Shown here: positions 12,346 through 27,800 of the stretch, in pieces
How the letters are laid out: every line of letters begins with the position of its first letter
How positions within the stretch are numbered: position 1 is the stretch's first letter
Assembly: GCA_021613535.1 (NCBI GenBank)
Contig: CP075496.1
Coordinates: forward strand, 3,038,001-3,102,000
Direction: 5' to 3'
Length of the DNA: 64,000 nt
From: Adineta vaga
Taxonomy: Eukaryota > Animalia > Rotifera
Made by a program: the position numbers and the translations under genes
Notes under the pieces: generated by a model
The model's database searches: none
Told to the model about the DNA's origin: nothing
Seen by the model: only the letters and a program-made list of their open reading frames with translations

Positions 12346-15300
12346 TAATTACTTTCTATGTGATAAACAATTTTGTTTTTATGAAGGCAAACAAATATTT
12401 TAATCCATGATATTTTTTATATTTTTATTTTTATTAATTGATAAAAACGACTTGATTGTTTTACATCGAAAATTAGATATGACTGTCATAAATATCACTA
12501 TATTTATTATAAACCTATTTTCATCTACAATACTTAATTGAATAGATTGAAATTATACAAAACTGGCTTGGTCGATTTAATCGAGATCAGCGTTTGCAGA
12601 AAATAAATCTATATTCAGACAAAAGTATTCTAGAATTGATTCTATGAACTTTGCTTTACAATAATATACTTTTGTTATCTGAACAGTTATTTAACATAAA
12701 TCTACACATAGAACAAAAAGATCTACAAAAATTGTCTTGATATACGTAAAAAACTGAATGATACCATCTGTTGCTAATTTATCTGGATGATCTTTGCATT
12801 GTACTAAACCGACATACAATACTGCATAAGTCACATTCTTTGCCGTCTATAAACACTTGAGGCATATGTATGACTCTAATATGTTCTTATTAGCGATTGT
12901 TAAAATAGCATTCTATTTCTTACAAACAACTTTATCACATTATATTACTTTACAAAAGAAGGATACTTCACAAAAATATACAACCATATGCATACATATT
13001 CATTTCGGAATGACTTTAGTTTTCAATCTCAAATATTGCAGTTCATTAAGCACATATATTCATGAATATATCTTCTACAAACAGTCTTATAGAGATCATT
13101 CATCGTATATATATATATATTTACTACTGACTACTTTGTCTTTGGATAATACTGATCATGTTGATGTCAAAAATTTGTGATGAAAAAGTAAACTAAAAAA
13201 ATCGAATTGAAAATCGAATAGATCTTTACATAGATACATGATGAATATGACTGTTTATATTTTCTTACTTTGAATTTCTCAATTACCAATTACTGATATA
13301 ATTTACACATGGATATGAAACAAGCCGACAAACATTGTTCTATACAATCATATATCACCATCAAAAAATCAATAAATGAGATGATAGAAAAATGTGTAGA
13401 GTATTCACATAAAATCACTTTTTCTCTTTCATGTCATGAAAATATCTATAGAAAAAAATTTCTTCTGATACTATTCTATCTATAGTATAAAAAGAATAGA
13501 TTTGATATACAACATAAAATAGATAAATTAATGAATAGAACTGTCAAGGCTTTGATAAAAAAAAAAGGTAACCAGTTGTTTCCAATCGATTGGATTTAAT
13601 TTGATTGTTTTTTAATGATAGCTTTGAAGAATGGCGTATTATGTATGATGTAACGAACATATGGTGTTCGTTTGATTATATATATCATTGCAGAAATAAT
13701 TGTGCTTTTTCTCAGAATAAATATTCGAAAAAAATTTTTTGTTTAAAGGTAAAATACAAGTAGGAATAATAATTCAACAATGATTTATTGATCAAATAAT
13801 TTATTTCTATTTGCTGTACATAAAATTTTTATCTCTAATCTATATTTTTTGTAGATATCTTCTATTTTATAAAACTTAACAATATATTTATCAGATATGA
13901 TGCTAATTATGCTAATTGTGTTCCGTCTTTCATATCTTCATTCACACGTTAAAGTACAAAGTCATACATTTTGTTTTTATACCTACGAATATATAAATGA
14001 CTAAACTTGCCTACGTCGCGCCCGTTACTACGCACGAATAGTCTGTTCTCTCTCTTTCTTTTTCTCTTCTTCTGTGAAAATAAATCAGATGATGAAGCTG
14101 GTGAACGATCGTGACTCTCTTGAACATATATGTATGTATATCCACGCTCAAAGCTATTACATAAAAACAGAGAGAGTGTGTGTGAGCAAAGTACGTTCAT
14201 AATAAGTGAAATGAAAAGACGACAAAAAAGTGACTTCGCTTACGGCTTTTCTAAGAATACTTATGCAATGAATGTTATAGGGTATTGATATCATTAGTCA
14301 AGAAATGATGCTTGAAAAAACAATGAAGATTAATGATTGATCATTTACTATAAATAACAATTAACCGGAACAGGTATGAAATAATGTAGTTGAAGAGAAT
14401 GAGAGAAGTTGCAAGAGAACCAATATATATATATATATATATCTGTATGTAGACTGTTTCAATAGAATGAATATTCAGTTGCTTGTGCTCAGAAAAATAG
14501 GTGGTTTATTATAAATTATCTGTTACAATAATCTTTTTTGGATGATAGCTTGAAATAAATTATAAATCAGCATCTGTTAGAAAGTTTGTAAATACTTCAT
14601 TCTATTCTTTATCAGATTTAGTCTCTCTGTTCTCTTTTTTCGTACTATGTAATGTAGGTATATACAGGCAACTACTTATAGTTGTTATTTTCTGTCCAGA
14701 TGAATTTTTTTTGCATAAAACTCTTTATTTTTATTGGATAGATTAAAATTCATGTTGAAGTAGGTAATATAAATTTCTCTTCGCATTGCATTGTAGATCA
14801 AATAAAAAAGTAATTCAGACTCTCTTGATCTTATTGATTAGTCTTTTGTTTTATGTGTTGAAATAACCTTGTCGCTTTGTTTTTTTCCTTTTTTCTACGT
14901 AAAAAGGTCAAGTCTTTAATATCTTTTTCTACTGATAGTCATATACTATTGTCTTTGTTTATTTTATGGTTGCACTTGACCAAGCTTTCTGTTTGATCAT
15001 TTTTTCTTCTATTTACTATATGATATAGTGACCGTAGCGACGACAATAAGGGGCGTATTTTGGTATTAACTGCCACATCACAATATTCAAATTTCGTTCT
15101 CCTTCTCTTCTTTTTTCGCTTCTCTATAAATTGATCGTTCTCTATTTTATTCTTTCTTTTTCGGTGCAATATGTGCTTACTCCCGAATGAAGTCAAGTGT
15201 TCAATTCCATACAAATCCAATGGTTTGTATGCATTAAACCAAGACATTCATATTATATTGATAGATAATGAGAACATTAAAAAACAGCCACGACAAGTGC

Positions 15301-17373
15301 TCCAATAATGGTCACTAGCGTACTATTTTAAGTATAGAAATATGAGCATCGACTAAATGTGTATAATCATTATTTGCAATGCTCTGTATGTGTGTGTGTG
15401 TATGTTGATCTACTATATATGCGTGTGCACGACATATGCCCACATGTATATATGTTCCATAAATATAAGTTGAAAAGAAAAGAACATAATGTAGACACGA
15501 GATGATTAGACATTAGGTTCGATTGAACAAAGACGAAGGTCAATCAGCTAGATCAGTTCTTTTTTTTCTTTTCTATAGAGACTATTTTCATTGATGTTTT
15601 ATTAGTTTAATGTAGTACAAGAATAAAATAGGTGTCGATTGTCACCTATAGAATAGCAAACAATGATCATTATCATCAATGTCCTAAAAATAGATCATTA
15701 TATATATGTACACATATATTTATAAAGATCATTAATGGTTAAGGACTTGTTCTTCAATGAACCATACGGATCAATGATCAATCTTTTCTCTTATCTTCTT
15801 ATTTTTTTAACAATTCATTCTTCACTAGTTCTACATGAATAAATACTCAATATGTTTACACACATATCGACATCTGTAAAAATGAATAGAAATTTTTTTC
15901 GTAGTCGATTGATAATTAGAAATAAGATAGATCAAACTAGACATGATCATTGACCTTCTCTATCATCTATTACCACCTCTTTATATTCATCAATCGCCTG
16001 CTTGTCATTTGTAATAGTAACTGGTCACATTCACTTGTGATGTTTCAGATGTGAGTGATAGAGAGACACTAATCATTCATTTATATAAAGAAATGAGGTT
16101 AGATAAACAATAGAATTTCAAATAATCGAAAGAAGCACGATCTACTATAGTCTTTATACACCATCTACATTTTCTCTCTTTTCAATCAAATTTTGACAGT
16201 ATAGAGAAGCAGGAGAGTATCGATCATAAGAAGATGAAAAAAAAAATCATATGACGTTTGTAAGTTTACTTTCATTACTCTTTGCGTTTTCATTATGTAC
16301 GTATTTCAAGTTAAAATGAAAAATATATACGAAAAAGACCATTGACTTTTTGCATTTATTTTCTATGTAAGTAGCAAGCAGCAGATGAGAAAGAGAGAAG
16401 AATGAGAAAAAACTCGTTTTTTATTCGAACAAAATATACTAGAGAACATTATGGCATTAATATAATTAGTATGTTTCTTGTTTCTTTCATACTTTCACAT
16501 CAATAAATTCCATATTTCTGTTTTTTCTTTATACTGTCTGCTCAATTTGATCGAACAAAGTAATGGTATGGAGAAATGATCAGTGAATGTCTGGTCGACC
16601 TTTTTTTAACCAACTAACACTACTGCAGCATACATCGCACGTTTCTTTCTCTCTCTCAGTTTCTGTTCTTTTGTTCATAATTACCACATCACACACAAAC
16701 ACACAATGAGTGAAACCTGATGGTAGCTGTTGATCGGCCAACACAGACGTATGTGTATACTTGGCGTCAGGAGTGTTCTGTTTTTCAATCGTCTACAATG
16801 CAACTAGCAAAGTGTTATCGCTATTGCTAACATAGACGTTGTATGTATATATATTGCCAGAGGGGTTTCGCATAGCGATTCAACGTCAAAGTAGATGAAT
16901 GATAGAGTGATGGTATACATGATTCATCGTCATCATACTTTCATTATATATGTCAGTTTTGTTTTTTGATATCATCTTTATATGCAGAAGGGAGGGGAAA
17001 CAAAGAAAAAGAAATGAACGGACGAGTGAGAAAAGGACAATAATTGTTCAGTTATTTGTCCCATTCTTTTTTGTTGTCTACTATCATAATCAATAGAAGA
17101 TAATATGAACAATGAACAAACATATTTATTTTTGTTATCAGAAAGGTGAGAAAGCCTCAATGAGTTGGATAGAATGTTTGTCAAATTCGACAGTTCTATG
17201 ACACTATTTAGTCATTCCTTTACAACTCTCACTTACTAAATATTAGGAATTGGATTTTGATTTCTTTCGACAATCGATCATGGACAACAAGAGATAGAAA
17301 GAGAATTAGATTTTAATCAATATTTTTATAGTAAGAAATTATTTTAGACTATATCATTTGTTCATTATTCTAG

Positions 17374-19559
17374 ATGGCTACTGTTTGTTATACTCCTTGT
17401 GAACTTATTTTAAAAATTGGTAGTAACGAATGTGATGAAATTTCTACGACAATAAGTAGTCTTCTTCGTACATGTTCGATAAGTGAGCAATCATTTTTTG
17501 TTGTTGAACGTCAAATTCAACCAACAACTTATTATGGTTCATTTACTAATCAATCATTATCAACAGCAACATCAATACCAATTCCATCTCAATCTTTAAG
17601 TTGTGTTCTTCTTTTAACAGACGATATTCTTAAACAACAACAACTTGTTCGTCCATTACAAACTTCAACTAAGAATAAAACTTCATCAATAATTTTACCA
17701 AAATCAAAACATTTTTTTAAATCAACACATACATGGAATTTTCATCATAAAATTGAATTATTAGATGAAAATAAACAGACAATAGCACGACAAGATTATT
17801 ATGAATTATCTTATTGTTTACCATTATGGTCCGTATCACACATTCCTCACAGCCGTCAGCCCATTGTACGTTTTAATATATTTACTCAACATTTTGATGC
17901 AATGTTAATATTTTATACACGTTTATTTCAACGTAAACCTGATTCTAGCAAACCAGGTTTCGTTCTTTTCATTCTACCATCAATACCACATATGAAAATA
18001 ATCTATCAGTTTTCAATTAAATATTCTCCATCAATACAACCGTATACAATTGCTCAAAGTGCATATCTAAAATTTCGTTTAAATAATTTAGATCATTTTA
18101 TTAATGAATATTCAAGTAAATTATTTACATTGAATAAATTGGAATATTATATATATGATCCAGATGGAAATCTTCTTCATTTACATTTATATGATTTATC
18201 TAATAGAAAACATTTTGAAGAACCAAATCATTCAAAAATATTTACGCATAAAAATGATAGTGGTGTTGGTGATAGTAGTGATCCTCCACCAACTCAATTA
18301 TTCAGTTCAATTGTTCCACAAGGTTATAGACAATTCTATCCAGTTAATAATGAAAAACAACAACATTCAACCATATTGAATGGCGATATTGATGTTCAAA
18401 GTCATTCGTCTCAATCATCACATGATTCAGGTCGTTGGAGTTCAATATCATCAAATGAATTAAATCCAAATAATCGTACGAAACGAACAGTTCATCATAT
18501 TCCAATTACAATTGTGAACAGTACATCAGTATCAGTAGCAGAAAAGAAAAATGAAAATTATCTTGAAGAAACTGTTCATACTTCGAAAGTAAAACAACAA
18601 CAACACAGAACAGGTATCAGTTGATATTTTTTTAGAAACGTATCATGTTGAACTGTATGTTGCATACAAACAAACTTTTCTTATATCGAAATCCTTACGT
18701 TCATGATCTAAATTTCGATAAAAATAAATTGTAAACTCTTTTTATTGATTTTTTTTAATATTTCTTATGATGAATTTCCTTATAAATTTCATTCTATTTA
18801 GTATCATCTGGTATTGGTACGAAACAACAGCATCAAATCAAAACAGCAGTATATGATAGTGAGCCACGATTATCAACATTAACAAGTGTAAATAATCGTT
18901 TTTATTCATCAATGAACGATATCAAAATCAAAAATTCACTTCGTCCTTTCACAATTGATCATATAAAATCAACAGATTTACATCGTTTTCAAACAATAAT
19001 TGATCAAGATTGTGATATTTCGTATGAGGTTGATTCTCCGCGAATACAAACGGAATCATTTCCATTAGGTTATCTTAATGCATTTTTACTAAAGAAACGT
19101 CATCAGCAAGAACAATTGGTTAATTCATCACATGTTCAACACTTAATTGCTCAATTCGATAAATCGAATCCATTATTAACTACTCAACGACCAGTTTCAG
19201 TTCCACTCATGGAACAAACAATAAAACCGACGAAAGGTATTTTACAACGACGTGCACATGGTACAATCACACCTATACCGAATAAATCTTTACGAAAACG
19301 TTCAAAATCTGTTACATTTGAATGTCATGCAGATGATAATCATACATCAAGTACAGATGAAGACAAAAGTAAACATTTTATCAATCATCTACGCACTCCT
19401 CGAATCAATATTGGTATAACATTAGATTCTCGTTTAAGAAAAACACCCGTATTAGATATGTTAAGAAGTACAACTATGGAATCTGATTTTCTTGAACCTA
19501 AACAATTAAATCGAACAACATCATTAAGACAACCATTTTTACCCATGGCTCGTTTTTAA
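17374..19559 (+). CDS. FAM124-like protein, two coding exons (17374-18613 and 18802-19559)
   Basis: Motifs WNFHH, QDYYEL...PLWSV, VRF, YLKFRL and DPDGNLLHL match the FAM124 domain pattern. GT donor at 18614 and AG acceptor at 18800-18801 join the two large ORFs. The C-terminus is low-complexity. Confidence 0.75.
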
Positions 19560-19959
19560 AATATTTTGTTTTCTTCGTCTTCCTTTTTTTGTGTTGTAAA
19601 TAATAAAAATTTTATAATGATCTGACTATATGAATTTTAATAGAGTTTAAAAAATCTTTCTATATTAGAAAGCATTTATTCGGTGAAAATATTATCGGGG
19701 GAAAAACCAACCTTTATCAGTTTCTTCTTAGTCAATGAATAGAACAATATTGATAAACGTTGTCGTCAGCTATTTACTTTAACTCATCTAAATACTTGAA
19801 AGTCATATTTTCGTTATCATCCTCACATATAAATGAAAGAAGTTGTTAGTATTTCATTTCAGGCTGTGCTTTTCATCAAGTAATTCTTTATAAAACAGAA
19901 CATATTCTCATTTATTTGATTATTATCAGTTGTATTAAACAATAATCAACGTTATACAA

Positions 19960-21312
19960 ATGATTGAAAGATTTATAATAGAACCTACAAGAACTGTTAA
20001 ACAACCATCTAAATTTAGAAATTCAATTTTAAATAACTGTAGTCAATCTTGTAGAAAAACATGTTATTGTGCAACATGTATAGTCTTTATTATATGTGCT
20101 ATCTTTATTACTTTATATTTCTTTATTGAATATAATGCAATATCGATAAAAAACAATTCAAATGTTTCAATATCAACAACTCCATCAATGAATTCATCAC
20201 AAATACCACTAACAAGTAAAACATCATCATTAGTTATCTCAAATTTGACTTTATATACAACTTCTAATATAAGTAATACTACTGATAAGTTTAATTCTTT
20301 TAATATAATAAAGTTTCTCCGTTTCTATTCTCACAGATACAAGCACTGCTTCTATTATGCCAATTACTTCAAAGAGAACAACAAGAACTACTATATCAAC
20401 AAACACACAAACAACAACTACCACTACGCCGTCCACCACTGCCATTTCTAGTACCACTACTAGGCCTTCTACCACTACGTCCTCTACCACTACCACTCCT
20501 AGTACTATCATTTCTAGTACCATTCCTAGTACTACTACTACGCCTTCTACCACACCATTCCTAGTACCACTACTACGCCTTCTACCACTACGTCCTCTAC
20601 CACTACCACTCCTAGTACTATCATTTCTAGTAGTACCATTCCTAGTACTACTACTACGCCTTCTACCACTACGTCCTCTACCACTACCACTCCTAGTACT
20701 ATCATTTCTAGTACCATTCCTAGTACTACTACTACGCCTTCTGACACTACCATTCCTAGTACTCTAACGAAAGACACTATTCAGACTACTACCTCTTTTA
20801 TCACAACAACTAGCACTTCTCGACTATGTCCATCAATCTTATCAAATCCAACAGAAACAATCACTGTTTTCTCACTTGATAATAGTACAAGAGACTTATT
20901 AAATTATACACATTATGTATTTGAATTTAGGACACCAAATCAGGTAACCACAGCTTTACTTCTATTCGAATTTGATAGTAAACATCAATCTTGGTACCTT
21001 GATGATATATCAGTTAAACGAAACGATCAGTTGGACCATGAACTAATTAAAAATGGAAATTTTGAGAATGGTATATTCAATCTTATTTGGCAGTATTGTT
21101 ATTTATCCCAACCATTTTTGACCGCTCATATTACTAGTCAATATTGTCGTTCTGGTAGATATTGTTTTCAATCGCGTACCTTCGATGATCATCATAGTGA
21201 TTATCTCACACAACAATTCAATGTTCAAAGTAATATGCAATATACTATCCATTTTTACACTTTCTGTAAAGGTGAAACCGAACGGTTCAATGTATCAATT
21301 AGTTTCCAATGA
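19960..21312 (+). CDS. Type II membrane mucin-like protein: Cys-rich juxtamembrane region, TM, Thr/Ser/Pro stalk, C-terminal CBM/galactose-binding-like domain; one apparent 1-nt frameshift near 20553
   Basis: Intron 20273-20336 joins ORF 19960 to the frame of ORF 20357. After a missing T at ~20553 an open frame runs through WYLDDISV...ELIKNGNFENG to the stop at 21312. Confidence 0.65.
20440..20762 (+). repeat. Coding tandem repeat, ~75-bp unit in about 4 copies (TTTPSTTTSSTTTTPSTIISSTIPS)
   Basis: Recurring ccttctaccactacgtcctctaccactaccactcctagtactatcatttctagt. Confidence 0.85.
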
Positions 21313-23094
21313 GTTTCAAAGAAACTGTATTATATTTACAAAAAATTAATTGAGTGGGCTTTTAATTACATTTATATACTATCAAAACCGAAAGCATAAT
21401 ACTGATTAATTGTTGAAATATTAAGTTTTTTCTATTATGTTTAAAGCAAACCATTGGCATTTTGACAGATGTTACGATAATAGATATGTATACATAAACA
21501 CCGTACTGTAAATAGGTAAATCAACTATTTTGTGTATAAGCAACATAAAGTTGTTCTTTCAAGAGTTATGACACTTTGTTCTCAATAAAACTATAAAAGA
21601 ATGTTATCGGTTGACACGAATAACTAGTGATATTTTCTACTATCAGCAATAATAGCATTATTATCAATATTATAAAATCAAATCCATAGAACATACTATA
21701 TTGTGAACATTAATATTAACTATTCCAGTGATCAATGTCATTAATATTAAATGAGATGACACTTATATCCAAATTTATACTACATATTATTTCGTTCATG
21801 TAATGAGCAGCTTTATTTCATTTATATCAACATAGTCTCTTTTAAAACGAAAATCAGTAATAACTAGCAAGATTTGAAGAAAATGATTTTTTCTTTAATT
21901 ATAAGAAATATTGTGTATGTGGATCACTATATTCATTATATCTCTATATAAGAAATAGAAAGATATAAATTTCTGCTACGTATTTCTCTGTTATTCTAAA
22001 TTGTTGATGACGTATTTCCTCTATACTTTCTATTCTTTTCGAAACTAGTAAAGCGATAATAAAATGAAGATAATATCGTTGAGTCAGACATCACCTGGTT
22101 GTTTTATGCAACCTAAATATAGATATAAAATTGTCTCGAGTTAGAACATAATACAGATAAAAACCTCTCTGATTTCTAGAAGAAAAATTATAGAATAGCG
22201 AAAGAGTTTATTTACTTGTAATTATACGAAGTATCAGAGCACAAAGTAAATCATTAAGTGGTGTCTTTTCAATTCATTTGGTTCTGCACTTTATTTTCAA
22301 CGATACAATATTTATGTGTATCTTTTTTTCAATTATAATTCAAGGTATTAACAATGACGTCTGTAGCATCGTCAAACTTCTGCAAAAAATCTGTCATATT
22401 CAGATACATGTAATATGAAGCATACGAAAATCCTCCCTTTCTTTCACGATTATTACTTGCGAAATTTTATTTAAAGTAAAGACTTTCTACTGAGAATGAA
22501 TGATTAATCGGTAATCTAGAAGACACAAGTCAATATCGATATTTTGCTTACAATTCATTATGACAAACGAAAGCGTTCAAGAATACAGTATCTTCATATT
22601 TGTTTTGTTTTCATAAATTGTCTATTTTGTTCCAAAATAAATACAAAGAAGCAAGAAAACAGAAGAATACAAAAGGCACTCAAAATGACAACGATGATAA
22701 TGAAGACAAAACAAGAAAATGATTTGTGAAGATGATGCACAGAAAAGAAATAAGAAAGAAAAAGAAAAACACAAGTTAGAAAGAAATATTAGATGAATAC
22801 GATTTAAATAGAGATCGTATGTAGCAATCTGACCAGCAGGTTTCAAATTGTCGCATATGAGTATATTAATGGCTTCGTAAGAGTTCGGGCGCTATGATTG
22901 TTCTTTGTTTTTTTAAAGTTATTTTGATCACCGGACGCAAGACTCATTGTTAATTAAGATATGTTCTGTGCGTTATCCATTTTCTTTGGTGTATATGGAT
23001 GAAATAGGAAGAAGGACTAACAAGCGGACGGAGAAGCCAACAGCATTTAGGAAATGTGCTAGAGAAACAGAGAGAGCAAGAATTAAAAAAGATG

Positions 23095-24851
23095 TCACTT
23101 GTCGGCACCAGTTAATGCTCGATTTGTACGTGCAACAATTATATTAATTAATCGTCCGAAAGATTTTTGTCGATTATCTGTCCATTTGTCTCGTAAACCA
23201 AATTCCATAGTATGATTAAGACCATCAACAATAGCCTAAAATCAAATTATAACAAGACAAGTTAATTTAAATATAAGAAATTCATTACAGAAAAAAGCTC
23301 TCTTACTTGGATATGTTCTGATGTAACTTCATAGCCCTTATGTCTCAAACCAATGTCATGTAACATTTTGAATAATTCTTCGGGTTTATCAATCACACTG
23401 ATAAAATCATCTAGGGAATTAAAAAATTTTGAACCATGATTTCGTAAATCCATTTTCCAGCGATTCGCTGTATTAGGCGCATCTCCATCATCACCAGCAC
23501 TAGTGGTTGTTACTGCATTTGCATTGTTCATTATACGAGGATTCTGCCAAAGTGATTTTATGTCCGGACATTTTTGGAAAATTCTATAAAGTAAATGAAT
23601 ATTTTCTTTCGCTTAATATTCTCATTATAAGCCAAAGAATTTCCTAATTAAGCTAACTTGAAATGATCTAACATACGTAGGCAATTAATAAATCATCTCG
23701 ATGTTGTATCACCCTAGGCAGCAAACGATTGACATTTTCTTTCGATGTCATTCATGATTTATTATGCTTTATTTTATTTACAAATAGTATGAATCTATTA
23801 TAAATCTGAATATAATCGTTTACTTCTGTGTTTATATGTCTTTTTTCTCTCATTCATATTGTTTATTGTATAAAGAAGCAAGGCTTTCAGAAACACAATG
23901 AGAAAGAGAAGATATAGCTACGTGTGTTCGATAGCGCGCGAAGTGTGAATTAATCTGCATGATATTAGTTCTCAGCTGTTGCACATGACGTACATATATT
24001 TGTATACATAGCGAGAGAGACAAATAGATATTTACAAACAATAGGGCAAGTATCGATCAAACCAACTAAAGCAAATAGTATTGATTGTAAGTTGGTTGTC
24101 ATCATTTTCGTCGCTATCACTATGATGAGTAGTATCTTCCATTGAATATACACAATAAAGTGCTGTGCAAACAGACTATGAAAAAAAATTGAAAATGTTG
24201 TACTACGCTAACTAAAAGCTATTTGCTTCGATGTATTTATTAGAAAAATTAAATAGTAAGCATAGAGAAAAGACCAATTGAACGTTTCATTAACATACAC
24301 GAATACAGGTAGCGTGTTTCCTAAAAATCAATTTTTTTCCATGTTATAATCATAAATATGAGTTTATTTCTTCATTCTTCGATTTATTGATGATTACAAT
24401 GAGTTGTCTTATTCGCATTTTTCGATCATACTTAGTGAGGACGAGAAAGAAAAAGATGTAGAGAAAAATAAGAAAAGAACGGAAAAAAAAGTAGAAAATA
24501 ATTATGTATATATTAATATTCCAATTTCTAATCGTGACAATAAATGAGAAATAATTATTGATCTATTCTCTCTTTATTCTATCCTTTTTGTCATAGAACT
24601 ACAACATGATATGTATATATACATATTTGACAAAGAGTAGGTAATTATTCCTTGAATAGTAATTATATTCGGATAAACTATATTCTTATCTATTATTAAA
24701 AATATTTTTGCTGAATAACTTACCTGAGCATGAGCCGTTGGCCATATTCACCATAGGCTTCTCGACCTACCATTTTCCACGTTTCCCTAATAATTCTTGC
24801 GTCATCAGGTGTCAATGCTTCCGGCTCAATTTTAGTCTGACTACAACCCAT
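23095..24851 (-). CDS. Three-exon globin with N-terminal MGC acylation motif (globin X-like); exons 24851-24724, 23583-23307 and 23235-23095
   Basis: Spliced translation: MGCSQTKIEPEALTPDDARIIRETWKMVG...LMLR|IFQKCPDIKSLW...LRNHGSKFF...IGLRHKGYEVTSEHIQ|AIVDGL...ADK*. It has A12 Trp, C2 Pro, E7 His and F8 His. Intron phases and positions fit the ancestral B12.2 and G7.0 globin introns. Confidence 0.88.
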
Positions 24852-27800
24852 AGTCTTTGTATTTTGATAATTATCTACTATATGTTGTTCTATATGTTTT
24901 TATGCTCACAGTTGTTGTTGGATGATATTGACAAAAACGTAGAAAAAAAGACATTGTCTAATTGACATTCATCGATAGTTATATAAAGACTGCACGTTGA
25001 TTTGGAAAGAGAATCTTGATAAGCGGTTTTTGAAGGAGAAATAAAGAAGAGGCGGACAAGAGTCGTGAATGATGGAGGACTAGTTCTAACAGTAATAGTG
25101 ATATGACGGGAGCATTGAAAATGATGAAAACGACGAGAAGACGACAGCAGCAGCAACATCGACGATCGAAGAAGCCGTAGGCCCGAACGACACAAAGCGA
25201 TGATGATTAAACGACGGAACCAGTGACGGTGGCAGCGAATTGCTCTTACTGTTACTGCTATTGTTGTTGTGTGTTGTCATCTTTCTACAATAGTGGTGAT
25301 GCATCTCAACAAATAAAGAAAAGCAGAGTAAGAAAAAAATTTAGTATGTCAATGAAAGAAAATAATAAGATATTTGTTTGTTTCTTTATATGATACGTAG
25401 CGCAAATAGCAGCAACGTACAAGTACAGAATACTAACTGAGATAAAGATACAATCATATTATGATCGTCCCTTTTTTACTTAAAACGATGATCGTCATTA
25501 AACATCACCATTAATGAGAAGTCATATAGATTTAATAAGCACTTTGCATGCGAATATGTCGAATAACGATCGATGAAAACTTAGCTTATTAAAAAATATG
25601 TCTTTATTTACTTGCCTTTCTATCTAAAAGAGATAGAAATTCTTTCGAGTTTCTTTCTAAATAACGCTTAGAAATAATTTCCGTTAACGTAGAACTGAAC
25701 TTTGCATCGATGTCTGTCAAAAATATATATGCTATAGAAAAAGAAAATTTTAAAAAGAAAGAGACGAAATAGATGATTAATGAGATTGAACATTACCTCT
25801 GTATATAATTTTTTCTAATTTGTTCTGTAATTCAATATTTATACCCTGTTTTTTTTTCTCTAACACATAGATAAAGGATCCGTCAAAATGATACTCTTCT
25901 ACGAAAGATCTTGTTAATCAAGAAATAAGAAAAATTTTGCTTATTAATAGTGATTATGATGACACTTATGATACATTATTAGAGTTGGATACATCTAATA
26001 TTTCTTTCGCAAATGAAAGACATAATATTTACTAATCAAAAATAACTATTGAGAGAATAGAACAAATAGATATTCAAGCAAAAGAGTAAATAGACGAAAA
26101 GAAGGATACTAAATTATTGTATTCAGAAAGAAAAAAAGAGAATTGATACAAGATGAATTTCTTACAGAATAGACTGCTTATGTTCGACTAACCGACAGGA
26201 TCTCATTTATTTAAGAATCTACTTGACTTATTCTCCGATTAGTCTTTTTCTTTTTAACCAATGCAGTGAGATCATCGTCTCCTTAACTAACACCATGAAT
26301 CTAATCAATTTTCATATGATACTAGTAATTTATGTATACATATATACACGAGTGAAATTTCAAATAAAACATACACAACCGTCATGTTGTATCTCTATCC
26401 TTTTTTTCCCCATTTTTACTCTTCTTCTTATTTCGTAGCTGTTTTTCTTTCCTCGTCTTTTTTTCCCCGCTTGTCCTTCTTTGTGCATCTAGTGTCGGCT
26501 CACTACATTTACTAAAACATTTGTTCACACGAGCTTGACTGTCTGCTGCATTCAGCCTACATTTTCTCGTCCCCTCTCTCTCTCTTTCTCGTTCGCTTCA
26601 TCCTTTCTCGTCTTTTTCTCGCTATGATAAACTAAGAGTCACATAATGAAAAGAAAAAAACACTGGAAAGAATGACGTGCTCGCATTCTACTGAACTAGC
26701 TGTACTAGGGTGAAATCTATGATTTTTATCTTTCTCTACAAAAGTCTCCGAGAATAAGGGAGAAAGAGAAAACTATCTTCTTCAGTCTAAATGTCTCTTC
26801 TTATTTCTACGATTATTATAATTAACAGCGTTTCTTTTTCTTTTCTGTACTACATAAAATACTACCACTCGTACTGTTATATGGGTACATCTTTTGGCAG
26901 ATATTTAAAATCACATAATCATTGTTGTTCTATCTATTGACAAACAAACAGACGAATATGAGATGAACGAGATGCGCATTGTTTCTTTTTTCCTTGTTGT
27001 GTGTTACAACATGTTTTGAAGCAGACGAATGTAAAATTGGTTAGTGAATATCTTTATATTCTTTGTCATAACAAGCATGATGACGATAATGCTTTAAATA
27101 TATGTTGCAGCTATAAGTCAATTTAAAGAGTGCGTATTGTTATTGCAACTAAATATGCGAACATTGCTGGAATAGAATAGATTATTAACAGAAATGAAAA
27201 TATTGCTGTATAATAAAAGTGAACATTTATTAATTCTACTCAAGCTTAAATCTTTTTTCTGTTCAAAATCATATTGTAAATAACAAGATATGGAAATATA
27301 AAGTATTAAGTCATACAATAAATATTCCATCTAATACCTACTCTACAAAATTATCTCAATAAATCTGGTTTTGATTTACATACTGGGTAGTGTAAACAAA
27401 ATTAAAATTGAAAAAATGAGCTTGAAAGAATATTCCAGTTCTATTGAAGTCTAATTAAATTTCAAGATTATTTGAGCAAAGTACTAAAGTAAATGCAATT
27501 ACTCAACAATATCTTTGAATACTGATTTTAAAACTTCTACAAAGAACAACAAGAAACATGGATAGATTCCTAATTACAAATCTCTTGTAAACTTCTACGG
27601 TTAAGTACAAGAAAACTATGTCATCGAGGAATTACAATTACAAGAAAAAAAGACGATTCTAAAATTCAAAAAGCATGTCATCTTGATTTAATGCATTGAA
27701 AAGGTCAGGAAATAACAATGATAATAAATCCAAAGAGGTGACTGAACAATTCGTCGCATAATTAATTAATTGTAAAAAGATTAACATAATGTATAGGTAG

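Noticed and set aside
20251-20777. Val-rich minus-strand ORFs
   Set aside because: They are the reverse complement of the Thr-rich coding repeat.
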